Shown here: piece after piece, positions 48,939 to 60,002 of the stretch
Layout of the letters: every line of letters begins with the position of its first letter
Position numbering within the stretch: the first letter of the stretch is position 1
Origin: Rhodosorus marinus CCMP1338
Lineage: Eukaryota > Plantae > Rhodophyta
Direction: 5' to 3'
DNA: 64,000 bases
NCBI GenBank assembly: GCA_029953675.1
Contig: JAMWBK010000008.1
Coordinates: forward strand, 1,364,001 to 1,428,000
Notes under the pieces: generated by a model
The model's database searches: none
Told to the model about the DNA's origin: nothing
What the model saw: the letters and a program-made list of their open reading frames with translations, nothing else
Position numbers and translations under genes: made by a program

Positions 48939-51184
48939 ATGTTCAGGATGTTACGTTCCCTCGGCAAAAACATTCCGGAACGGCTTTCCCGAGTCGACCG
49001 GAAACGCACCCTGGTAAGGTGGACAAGGAATCAACAGAAGGCTGGAATCCTTGGGAAGTACCTTCGGTGAAAGGACGCATGCCATTTCTCCTCTTGAGTA
49101 CGTGAATTTACAGTAGAAGCACTAGAACGGCAAGAACCACTGCGGCGGACCAGACCATGTGGCCATGGAACGCAGTCCACGTTTGTGTTAACCATTCCGC
49201 GTGAAGAGGTGGTGTAGTAGCCACCGCCTACTGCAGTTCAAACCGATACGGTCACGTCGATTCGTGTACACACATTAGATACCCGGCTGGGTGGCCAAGC
49301 GAAAGATTCAGAGAATCGTACTAGAGCACCCCTAAAACTTCATGCCAAAGCGACCCAGGAGTGCGAGATATTTCTAAGGCTGATCATCGGAAGACCGGAA
49401 GTGATACAACTGACCGTGCCATTCTCAATACCTTGCTATGATCCATTGCCGTGATCCTGGACCACTCGTTTCGAGTTTGAGAGCCAGAAGCTGACCGGAT
49501 GCGTGCTCGAACAAACGAATCGTGAACCATTATATTCTTGGTCATTGTCAAGCTGAAACCCTGCCAGAGCGACGCCTGAGCGACTTCCGAGCACTCGGTA
49601 TTCCCAAGGCCCATCAAGCAGTTTCGGAGTTATTTCAAACAAACCTGACTTTCAAAAGCTCGTCATTATGCCAACAACAGATAGAGTCCCTGCTTGTCTA
49701 TGCCTTCGTTTTCACAATTTCCGTTGAAACTTTTTCTGAGGCTGGCCTGCGATGTTCGCGTACGCTCTAGTCTCGTGCAGTGGATCAGAGGTCGGCAGGA
49801 AAAGAGCTTGGACTACCCCTTCTGCACAACTCAAACACAGCTCAAGGCTGCCAACTTTTTTGTTTGTGACAGTGACTTCGTACTGCGCCGCAGCAAGCCG
49901 ATGCCTCACTAAATGCTTCTGCCATCTGAGCACAACTCAGGCATACTAAACATGCTCAGTTGCCGCGTTGCCGTTGTGTTGCTGTGCTTGCCTGATTGAG
50001 CCCGGATGGACCGCCTGCGTGGAGATGAGAGCTTTCGGTTGTTCAGGGAGAAGTCCGAGGAACGCCAGGAAAACGTAGTTCATTCGAGCAACGCATTCTT
50101 GTTGATTTCGGGTTTCTCCAGAGCCAGAAGGCACCCTGACTGGTTACAAAGAAGCTTGTTGGGACGAAGTTACCTAATCTGGTCATGACGAGCTTTGTAT
50201 GTTCACCTCCACAGTGCATCAAGCGCAAAGGTTGAGGTCCTTGAACAGCATATTGACTTGGGTTCGTGGACAAAGCTAATTGGGAGCTCCAGTTGGGGAT
50301 TCCTAGAGCTAAAAAGCTACGAGACACCTGGAGGAGGTCAATTAGTATGAACATGCGAACATCTAGAGCACCCAGGCCGCTCTCGGATGAGGAGTTGAAG
50401 ACAGGTCGGCCTTCCACAAAAATGTCGCTGATCACTAGCGCGTCTGCTCTGCGTCATTATGACGATTTCGATGTTTATTTGGACAGGCACCCTGGTTTTT
50501 CCAGCATGTACAAAAAACAGAGGATGATGCCGAAATGGATTGGGTCTTCGTATTTTTCCCGTGCCAAGCAAATCTTAAAAACTAAATGCGTTTCCGAAGC
50601 ATTCAGATGTGTCAGCTCGTTTCCGTTCTTGAGTACTATCTCGCGCAATATCACCAACGCGGTAATGGCTGAGGTAATTCATGGAACCTCAGAGTGGTCA
50701 GCCATCTCCAAGGACTTAACCTCGGAGAAAACCCACAGGGTTCAGCGATCACTTTCGATCCTGCTAAATCTCACTGAGCAGCTGGCTGTGTGCGTCGAGC
50801 TGAGGCACACAGCCGCCGTTTTCGGTCGTTCTTGCACATCCTCATCTTCCATGACGTTTAAAGAGCCAAAGAACAATACTATCCTTCAGAGCGAGTTCTC
50901 CTGTTCAACAGGAAACCGGAGACATGAAAAAAGTCCTCTAGTACCAACAGTTCAGAGGTTTCACACTGTTGTACTAATCGCTACTAAATACGTCCCGCAC
51001 TTTGCTGCACATTAAAGGCTTGAAAGATCTGAACCAGCAAGGTCGTTTCAGTTCTGTTTCCATGAACAATCCGACCGTCAACGACTTCGTCTACCTGTTT
51101 CCCAAACACCAAGACAAAGCTCAGATCGACTGGGACGATCGACCCCGAAGTGCTATCGTGAAGACGCCGACTAGTGAAGGGTGA
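48939..51184 (+). CDS. Hypothetical multi-exon protein or proteins, possibly mitochondrion-targeted
   Basis: Start MFRMLRSLGKNIPERLFPSR is presequence-like. Same-strand protein-like segments at 49522, 50006, 50266 and 51002 end in ...AQIDWDDRPRSAIVKTPTSEG stop. Exon linkage is not resolved. Confidence 0.4.
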
Positions 51185-51284
51185 GGCGGAGGTCATTCAG
51201 GGACCTTGAGATTGTATTTCTGTGAACAGTCGATACAGAAAAGAATAAATACATTATTGTGCTTTGGACTTTATACCCGCCCAA

Positions 51285-52272
51285 ATGAATTTCGGAAACG
51301 TTTGTGGTTTTGTGGGTTCTCTGAGGCTCGACGTGGAGCTACACCGTTCTGGCTTTCGCGAAAGCCGTTGTGGACGACGTCAGTGGTACAGAGCGGATAT
51401 TAGAGCTCGTGTGAATCTGGATCCGATCGTGGACGTGTATTTGGATCATCCGAATTGGCCGAACGACTCGACCATCGACACGGAGCTGCAGGAGGATACC
51501 TTGGAGCTACTAAACTCTCCTCCGGTTATTGTTGAGCATCAACGAGAGATTTCAATAACGCTTTGTGACGATCCTACTATCAGAATGCTGAACAATCAAC
51601 ATCTCGGAAAAGACGAAGTTACTGATGTTCTTTCGTTCCCTCTGGCGGAAGAGATTTATCCCGAAGGTGATGAGTCACGTACCACGGAGAAGGTATGCCC
51701 CGGGAAAACCGATAAATAAGGACCGGACAGGTCAAGAATCTAAGCTCGTGTGTATCGTCGTTGTGATGTGAAAACTTCCACAGCTTGAAATGCTAGGAGA
51801 CGTGGTGATCTCACTGGACACAGCTGGTCAACAAGCCACTGATCGATCTTATGAACTCAGGGATGAACTCCGTATCCTTCTTATTCACGGCCTTCTCCAT
51901 CTCCTAGGCTTTGATCATGAACGCTCTGATGAGGAGTATGAAGCAGTATGTTGATAACGAAAACCCCTGTGCTGAATGTACGATCAAGACGCTCGAAACT
52001 TGATACGCTGACCGCTTGTAAACTTTTGCTGAACTAGATGCTGAGAGCTGAAACGACCCTGCTCGCAGAAATGAACTGGAAAGGCCCAGGTCTCGTCAAG
52101 CTTGCCGAATGAGAGTTTGTCTTCACTCTCTTCTCCTTTTGACCTGTCCATGTTCGCTTCACGGGACTTCAGGGGTGACAGCACAAGTCAATATGAAGGT
52201 CGATTCGTATTGAAGGACACAACTCCGTCGCCAGTTCTGGTGGCGGAGACTACGGAGAGCATATGCGCCTGA
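51285..52272 (+). CDS. ybeY: Endoribonuclease YbeY (UPF0054), probably plastid-targeted; multi-exon, 3' end approximate
   Basis: EISITLCDDPTIRMLNNQHLGKDEVTDVLSFP, LGDVVISLDTA and metal-binding HGLLHLLGFDHE. N-terminus MNFGNVCGFVGSL resembles a transit peptide. Confidence 0.9.
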
Positions 52273-53267
52273 ACAGTGGAATCTTAAACCAGTGTTTGTT
52301 GGTCGTAACCACCGTTCAAGAGTGAAACCTGATCTATAGACATGAAACTATCGAATATATAGAGAAACTTCAGATCCTTGTTGTCTGGATCTCTAGCGCA
52401 GGCCTCCTCGAAAACTGCACTATTCATTGTTCGCAACGGTCAAACGAAAAAAGTCAAGCGTTTGGGATTCAGCTACAGGTTTTCAAAGGTCCAAAAGGGA
52501 TCCGAATTGGGTTGGCTGAGTATGGTTTTTGAGAGGCCAAACTCTTGTCTTCTATTCCTTCTGACCCCGGAATGAACAATGACCTGGAGTGATATCATCT
52601 GGACAAAAGCATCAGAGGCATTTCGAAAGCAACACAAATAGACCTAGAGAGATGGACACTCTTTTATTGAGCTTTTGGAACACAGCAGAATCCTTAGCGT
52701 GGCGATCATCGACCTAACAGGCGAAGTTTGCCTGGAAAGGAGGAACGGCATCTCCTGCCCTTTGAAGAGGAGAGTTCTTTCTGATGGTAATAGCTCAGGA
52801 CTTTCTTTGTTTACACAGAAGGAAGCACAGCGATGAGAACCTAGATTTACCAGGACGATCAAAGGCCTCACCACGGTATAGACAAGCCAACACCTCGGAT
52901 CTTCCAATCACACTACCTAAGACTAGCTTCGAATATCCCAGACCAATACGAATACGTCAGCACGCGCTGAATTGGCTTGTGATTTGGATTCAGAGGTAAT
53001 CTCGATCGATTCTGCTTGACTAGGATCCATTGCTTTCATATCGTAACAAAAGTCCTCAGACTTTTTAAGCTAAAAAGCAACCTAAGACCCTTACCACCTT
53101 CCAAATCGTCTTCAATGTTTGTTGATGACTGGCTATGGATAGCTTGGCATGGCGATGTTTGAAGGAGGTAGGGAAGCAGAGGGAAGGGTGGAGAGGGTTT
53201 AAGAAAGGGACTCCAACGGGTTTGAACAAGCCAAAACTGAATTATTAGATTTTGAAGATTCTTCAAG

Positions 53268-53990
53268 ATGGCGATTGATACAAATCCCGCAAATTCTGAA
53301 GAGTACAAGGGGTTTTTGGGAAACTTGAAGTATCAGTGAGTGGTTTTGTGTTGGCTTAGCTTTGAAGTCTTGTTGTTTCTTCTTGTTGAAGAAGACGACC
53401 TGGAAACTTACACCTTGTTTGGCTTTTTGGTTTCTCTTTGCTGTGTCCTTTTTGAAAGGAGAAAAGCGTATTTTAACTTTTACTATCGATGGGGAGATAT
53501 CTTTCGATCCCTCGATGAGGCCAAAGTGCCGAAATGGTCTCGAGCGGATGAGAAAGAGTATGCTGACCTGAGAGAATCTGTCTACAACGAGAGGTTGAAA
53601 CATCTTGTCCGAAAAAGAGATTGGTCAATCTTGTTGGGAATTGGATTTGCCTCGTTTATCACCTACAGATTTACTCGTGCTCAGCCCCGATTAATTCCTG
53701 CCCTCCCGATGGGTATTGTGTTTGGTGGACCTGTCGGCGTCGCCACTGGTCATTGGGTAAGATTTATGTCATCAATCTCATCTTCAGTCAAACTTCCTTT
53801 GAGTCTGATTCTCAGAATTCGTGCTTATAACTCCCCTCCCAACTAGATTGTTTCATCAATTTACGCGACATGGAAGTACGACGATATGCTCGTGTGGGAG
53901 GACTTTTCGGAGTGGTACATAAAGAAGCAAAAGTCAAAGTCCGCATAAATAAATATTTTTTACGAGGTGCCAATTCATGATGTAAAGACT
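53268..53990 (+). CDS. Hypothetical membrane protein; multi-exon
   Basis: ORF 53340-53846 core with hydrophobic helices (WSILLGIGFASFITY; ALPMGIVFGGPVGVATG), a gtgagt donor at 53336 and a gtaaga donor at about 53757. Confidence 0.45.
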
Positions 53991-54037
53991 GCTCTCTTAA
54001 CCAAAAGTTAAAGCAAGCACAAGCCGTTCGATAGGCG

Positions 54038-54440
54038 TCCACGTCATCCATGGCGTTCTTTGGGCAGGTACTGAGTCAAGCGATCACCGGAACCTTAACA
54101 GCGATGGCTTTCATCGAGCTGCCAAGACAGACTTTGTAGAGGACTTTTTACAATCATCTTTCCATGCGTTTTCTTGGACATGAACACCATCTATCACGCC
54201 TTGCGGAGCTTGAAATCCACGTCCTCCATTGCGTTTTTCGAGCAAGTGCTGAATCTAGGCGATCTCAGGAACCTTAACAGTGACGGCTTTCATCGAGCTG
54301 CCAAGACAGACCTTGTAGAGGACCTGTACGATCATCATTCAATGCTCGTTTTCTTGGACATGAACAAGAGCTATCCTCCCAGAGCTCCGCATGACTTGCG
54401 GAGCTCTGGGAGGAGTTTTGATCTGGTATTGAATCCACCT
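54038..54440 (+). repeat. Imperfect tandem duplication, unit about 179 bp, coding-like
   Basis: tccacgtc...ggaaccttaacag...gctttcatcgagctgccaagacagac...gttttcttggacatgaac occurs at 54038/54089 and again at 54216/54268. Confidence 0.9.
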
Positions 54441-54719
54441 TGACGGCTAGTTCACCGGAGAGTATGGCTCAGAGCCTGGAAGAGATTGTAAGAAAGAGAC
54501 CCTTAAAAGTGACGGATCGTTGAAGGAGGCCCTGTACCCAAAGTATCCAAAGTTCTGGTCGCTGAGAGTCCGTCCTGAAAAGAACCGTTCTTCTTTATCT
54601 TGCTTTTCCTTTTAGAATAGATTAGGTTTTCGATAATATCTGTAGCGCGAGTATTCGTTCCGGCTTCAGCAAAGAAGAGCTGGCGACACGAACCCTCTGG
54701 CTTGCGTGTCTATTGGAGC

Positions 54720-55208
54720 TTAGTCAATGAGTTGGATTTTGACTTTGCTGCTATCGCCATCCCATGCCTTCGCGGTCGCGAAATCTTTGACCAATTTCTG
54801 CTCTTCCTCTGCATGGTGCAAAACTTCTTCCAGAGACCCATCCTGGATCTTCTTCACTATTTCATCGTCTCCTAGCGCGGACTCCACCAACCCCAGCCGA
54901 AACTTTGTGATTTTCTCCACATTTTGCCGGTACACAGAGGCCTTTGGGAGCAACTTCTCCAAGTCCGTCAAAGTAGCTTGATAGGTCGTCTTCAACTTCT
55001 ACACATACAATCAAAAACCACAAACGAAAAATCTTCAGACATCATCAAACACGAAGAAAACAAAATCAATGACCTCGGAAAGCTTGGTCAACCCCACCTC
55101 ACGCGCTTCGTCATCATACTCATACCCTGGTAACCGCTGATGATATACCGGTACACCCTCCAGAAACCATCCATGTAGTTGCTTATACAGAACACGTGTT
55201 CTCAACAT
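54720..55208 (-). CDS. NDUFA5: NADH:ubiquinone oxidoreductase subunit NDUFA5 (B13); 2 exons
   Basis: MLRTRVLYK...LPGYEYDDEARE|KLKTTYQATLTDLEKLLPKASVYRQNVEKITKFRLGLV...IQDGSLEEVLHHAEEEQKL...KAWD. Intron 55097-54999. Confidence 0.85.
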
Positions 55209-55341
55209 CTTTGAAAATCGTTACTAATTATCAAAAAACCTGTAAATAAGATCTAAGTGTCAAAACGCTTCAAACTCCTTGAGTTGCAAACCTCCCCAAA
55301 CCCTAAAAGCGTCCTCGTTGACATCAATTCCCACCTTCGTA

Positions 55342-55715
55342 ATCTGGCAACGTCCAGAGAAACGTTTGTTGAAGAAGAAAAGTCGGGCAGATCTGGACTT
55401 TCAATGATGTCAAGCCTTTAGTTCTTCTTTAAAATGTTTGAAATTAGTCTAGAATCGTTGGATAAAATTCTGAACTGTGTTTGAGAAGCTCGAAAGGCTG
55501 ACCCTTCATCTCTCACAATACACGAAATCTGGTCCTGAAGGTCCACAACACACCGAAGATGACGAAAAGTCTGGAGATCTGGAGTTTCAATGGTGTCAAG
55601 CCTTTTTGGCTCTTGTTTAAAACTTTGGAAAGAAGACTAGACTTGTTGAATAGAAATTTCAAAGCTCTGGTTTACAACCCCGAAAGCAAGTCACCCATCG
55701 TTCACAATACACGAC
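55342..55715 (+). repeat. Imperfect tandem duplication, unit about 186-189 bp
   Basis: aatctgg...gaaaagtc.gg.agatctgga.tttcaatg.tgtcaagccttt...cacaatacacga occurs at 55342-55525 and 55526-55714. Confidence 0.85.
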
Positions 55716-57196
55716 TTTCAGCGTGAAAAGTCAGCTGCCTTGGCTATGGAAGACGTGGCGTCGAACATTAGGAGTTTCGGTGACGTTTAAGAGCGATGAG
55801 ACCATCTTCGAAGAAAGCTTGACCGGTAGTTGTTCGCAAAACTTCGGTGAGGATGATACTCTGAGATCCGGTTGAATACGGAAGATTTTAGAACATTGCT
55901 TTCCTGATCTTTCTCCTCTGATCCCTGCCGTGATCTCTCCTGGGGTTGTCTCCACGTGAGCGAGGAGTGTTTCGGAGTGAGCGAAAGCTGCTAATAAGAA
56001 AAATTTCAGAGGCGAATAGCAGTGACGCTGTTTTTCTCCCAGGACCTCCCATACAATCCCGAATAGTGAACGCTGGTGGTCGTGGATTTCGTCAAACCAT
56101 CGATCCCGTTGAACCATGCGTTTGGTGCGGACTCTTGCATATGACTTAGCGACGCTCTGTACGTGTATATGGACTATAAATCGGTGTCTTATCTGTGAGA
56201 GTCAATCTTCTTCCCTGTGGAAACCAACGGGTTGGTGTCCTCGACCATTGACACCGAAGTAGCCACTAGCACCGATCCAACTTTGGGATTCAGTCATTAT
56301 ACTTAAATTGATTGCAGGGTCTTCCAATTACCGGAAATCATGTTCTTCCGATAGTGCGCTTTGATTGGTCAGAGCTTGTGACAATCCACTAGTGATTTGC
56401 TTTTGACGGGTTGAAGTTCTGAAAGAGTGCCATTATTTATATTTAACTAGAAATATAATCCAACTAATTCTCTCCAGGAGTGTTGATCTACCCCTGTGAT
56501 GGGTACACAACATTGCCTCCACTGGATGCGGAAAAAAATAAGAATACTTGAAATAAATACCAATTATGGATAAAATAGCTATGAAAATTGAATACTAATG
56601 GAACAACCCCAGCCATTTTTATATTACGATCAAAATTTATGCGAATCGTTCACTTCCACGCGTCAAAATTCTCCAACGACAACCTTTTGTTTTCGGATTC
56701 ATCCATTTATTAATTTCCACGCGTCCTAAATGTCGGTTAGCCGGAGACGAAAGAGGTCAACCATCCAACCCCTCCTCAAACGGCTTCAACATTGATCTCT
56801 CCAAAATAATTACCCCTCCTAAAATACAATGCTCTTCTCAATAGATCCTTTTTTAAAGTCGAAAACTGGAAATATGGAACAGAAGGAATTTCTATTTACC
56901 CTGGTTGGATTTTGTTTACATCCAGGCAATACTGTTGTATCCACCCCTACCAAGAATTGTGTGGCCTGCGAAATGACGCTCGGTGGATCTGATGTAGAAT
57001 ACGGGGTTGTGATGAAGCTGAATGAGAATGTGAAGTAGGGCAGAGGGCTTGGTATATATGAAGGTGTTTTGCTTTTCGGGGTGGCGCGGTGTGAGGAGAG
57101 GGTGGATACTTTTTCGGAGGAGTTTGAGAGGAAAGGTTAAGCCGTTATTGTTATTTTGAGTTTGGGTATCTGCTGTTTATTTTTGTTTTATTAGAG

Positions 57197-58913
57197 ATGG
57201 CTGACGCGATTTTCAGGAATTATTCCCGTCGGGGGTCGTTCGTGATGACGACGGAGACCTCTGAGGCGGCGAGGAAGACGTCTATTGTATGCACGATTGG
57301 GCCGGCGACTGATACGGAAGAGCAGCTTTATGAGCTTCTGGAGGCTGGAATGGACGTTTTGAGGTTGAACTTTTCTCACGGCACTTATCCTTATTGCGAG
57401 AAAATTCTCGGGAATTTGAAGTCGGCGTTGGCAAAAATGCCTGGTAAAACATGCGCCGTGGCCCTGGACACCAAGGGACCTGAGATCAGAACTGGAATCC
57501 TCGAAGGAGGTGTTGATGTAAGTATACAACTGGGAAGACGACCCAAATTCAAAAGCTTTCGCTTTGACGATGAGTTTGTGGAAACGTGGAATGCCTGTGT
57601 CGTGCTGACGGAAGTCACGGATTTGCATGTTTAGGTGGTTGTTGAAGCTGGAAGCCGCGTGGTTGTAACATGTGATGAAAAGTACAAGGAGCTGGGTCGT
57701 AAGGACCTTATCTACTGTGACTACGCGGCTCTCCCGGAGACCGTGTCTCCTAAAATGCAGATCTACATTGACGATGGACTGCTCTGCCTTGATGTGGAGG
57801 AGTGCAAGAGTGATCACATCGTCTGTCGTGCGGCCAATACAGCACCGTTGGGTAGCAAGAAGGGAATGAACCTCCCGGGAGCAATTGTGCAGCTTCCGGC
57901 CGTGTCTGACAAGGATAGATCGGATTTGGAATGGGGTGCTGAGCAGGAGGTTGATTTTGTTTTCGCATCGTTCATTCGTCGTGCCTCACAAGTCCATGAT
58001 GTCAGGAAAGCTTTGGGCACCAAGGGAAAGAACGTCAAGATCATCAGCAAGATCGAGAACCAGGAGGGCTTGGACAACATTAACGAAATCCTCGAGGTGC
58101 GTCAAAACCTGAAGTTCTGGCCGAAAGATGGGAGCAATTAATTGTCCATCAAGCAGTGAATTTAGATCCAAGCACGTTTCCAATCATCTTCCTTACTAGG
58201 TTACCGACGGAATTATGGTCGCCCGAGGTGATCTTGGGATTGAGATTCCTGCGTGCAAGGTGTTCACAGCGCAGAAAGTGATCATCAGGAAGTGCAATAT
58301 TGCTGGAAAGCCGGTAATCTGTGCTACTCAAATGCTTGAGAGCATGGTTAAGAACCCGAGACCCACTCGTGCGGAGGTTTCCGACGTTGGAAATGCTATT
58401 CTTGACGGTGCAGACTGTGTCATGCTTTCCGGAGAAACCGCGAAAGGAAAATACCCTCTTGAAGCAGTCAAGCACATGGACGAAGTTGCATCAGAGTCGG
58501 AAACTTATGTGGACAATGAGCACGTCATGGAGCGGCTGCGCACCAGGACTAAGAGGCCCATGTCGAACCAGGAGTCGGTGGCGCTGTCCGCAGTTGTGAT
58601 GTCGTTTGAGCAAGGATTTGATATGATCGTCGTGGTCAACGAGACTGTGGATACGCACAGACTCGTATCCAAATACCGCCCGAAGGTTCCCGTATTCTGC
58701 GTTACCAACAACGCGACGATTGCACGACAATCCCTCATTCATCGTGGCGTCATCCCCATCCAGGTGAACGAGTTCAAGTCTGTTAACTACCTCCTGAACC
58801 TGGCGTGCGAAGCAGGAAAGGCCTCTGGCATTGTCGCTCAGGGTTCCAAGGTCATTGCGATCTTTGGTGAAGATCACGAGTCGACTACTCTCAAGATCGT
58901 CACAGTGGAGTGA
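57197..58913 (+). CDS. PK: Pyruvate kinase (cytosolic-type); 3 exons
   Basis: [73 protein letters not shown]. Introns 57518-57634 and 58097-58199. Confidence 0.97.
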
Positions 58914-60002
58914 GCAATTTTTCGATCTCGTCTATTCTAAGCTCGAGCGAAGTTGAAGTCTCGAGTCACATGTGCTTTAGTTTCTCTGCTCGCCGACCCT
59001 CTAATGATACGTTGGGATGAAGAGCCTTCAGAACAGTGAAACAAAAACAAAAATATGTTTAGTATTTTGCAGACTTGATGGGTGCAGCGTGCTCCCTCCG
59101 TTGTCAAATCACGTATCGGCAACATGAGGCCCTGTTAAATACCTACTGGCCCGGCTCAGCGTAACTCAAACTGAATCGAGGCTAAGTAGCTGAAACCAAT
59201 CTGGTTGCTGATGGGCAGTCAAGAGATTTGATGAGGATAGAACCACAACAGGGTAATCGAGCACTTGGAATCGACTGACAGAAGTAGATGCTATGCAGTG
59301 GTGTGAGCAGGCGCTCCTCTGAGACAGCCTGAACGAAGCACGTTCAAAGGCAGGAACCAAAAATTATGAGGGCCGGCGACCATATCTGATACCGACCACT
59401 CTTATCGGTGTTGACATCCCGATACTACCCGCGCCTCGCCTTGAACAGTTCCCTAGTCGATTTGATTTCAAGAAAAAGTAGATTGGTTTTTTGTAGCAGT
59501 CGGTCGGCTCTCGTGTCGCCCAGGGATCAATCCCACCAGCGAACACCCTCAAACCGACCTTCATCCCGTCCATTTGTACAGCACTGCATATAGATGAGCC
59601 CCGAGGCTCTGGACGGGACAGTGGAGAGACGTCCTAGAGAAGCATTTCGTGAGCTGGAAATTTGCTCTCAATGCGACCGGATTCAGTTTCCTCTATAGCT
59701 TCGCTTCAGCGTATAGCAAACTTCAGTAGAACCAGACTCTAAATGATCGATTTCGATACGAAAATTTGGGGATTTCCGACTTGACAATAGTCTGCTCATT
59801 TGAGTTGAGGTTTCCATGTTGTTCTATAAGGTGTTGGGCAGGCGGGTAAGCACGCAGGTTCCTATTAGAATGGATCTGAGAGGGTCTGAGATGATCTGAC
59901 ATTTTGTAAGTTTGATAGAGACCTGAATGGAGCGAACTAGGATGGTGCAAGTTGGTTAGCTGAGGTGTATTTGTCAGTTGTACCCACTGGCTGGAGCAGG
60001 GG

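Noticed and set aside
52300-53250. Possible minus-strand gene between ybeY and the membrane-protein gene
   Set aside because: Exon-like fragments exist but could not be joined into a coherent frame.
59100-59900. Possible minus-strand gene divergent from FAN1
   Set aside because: Frames are ambiguous and no motifs were found.
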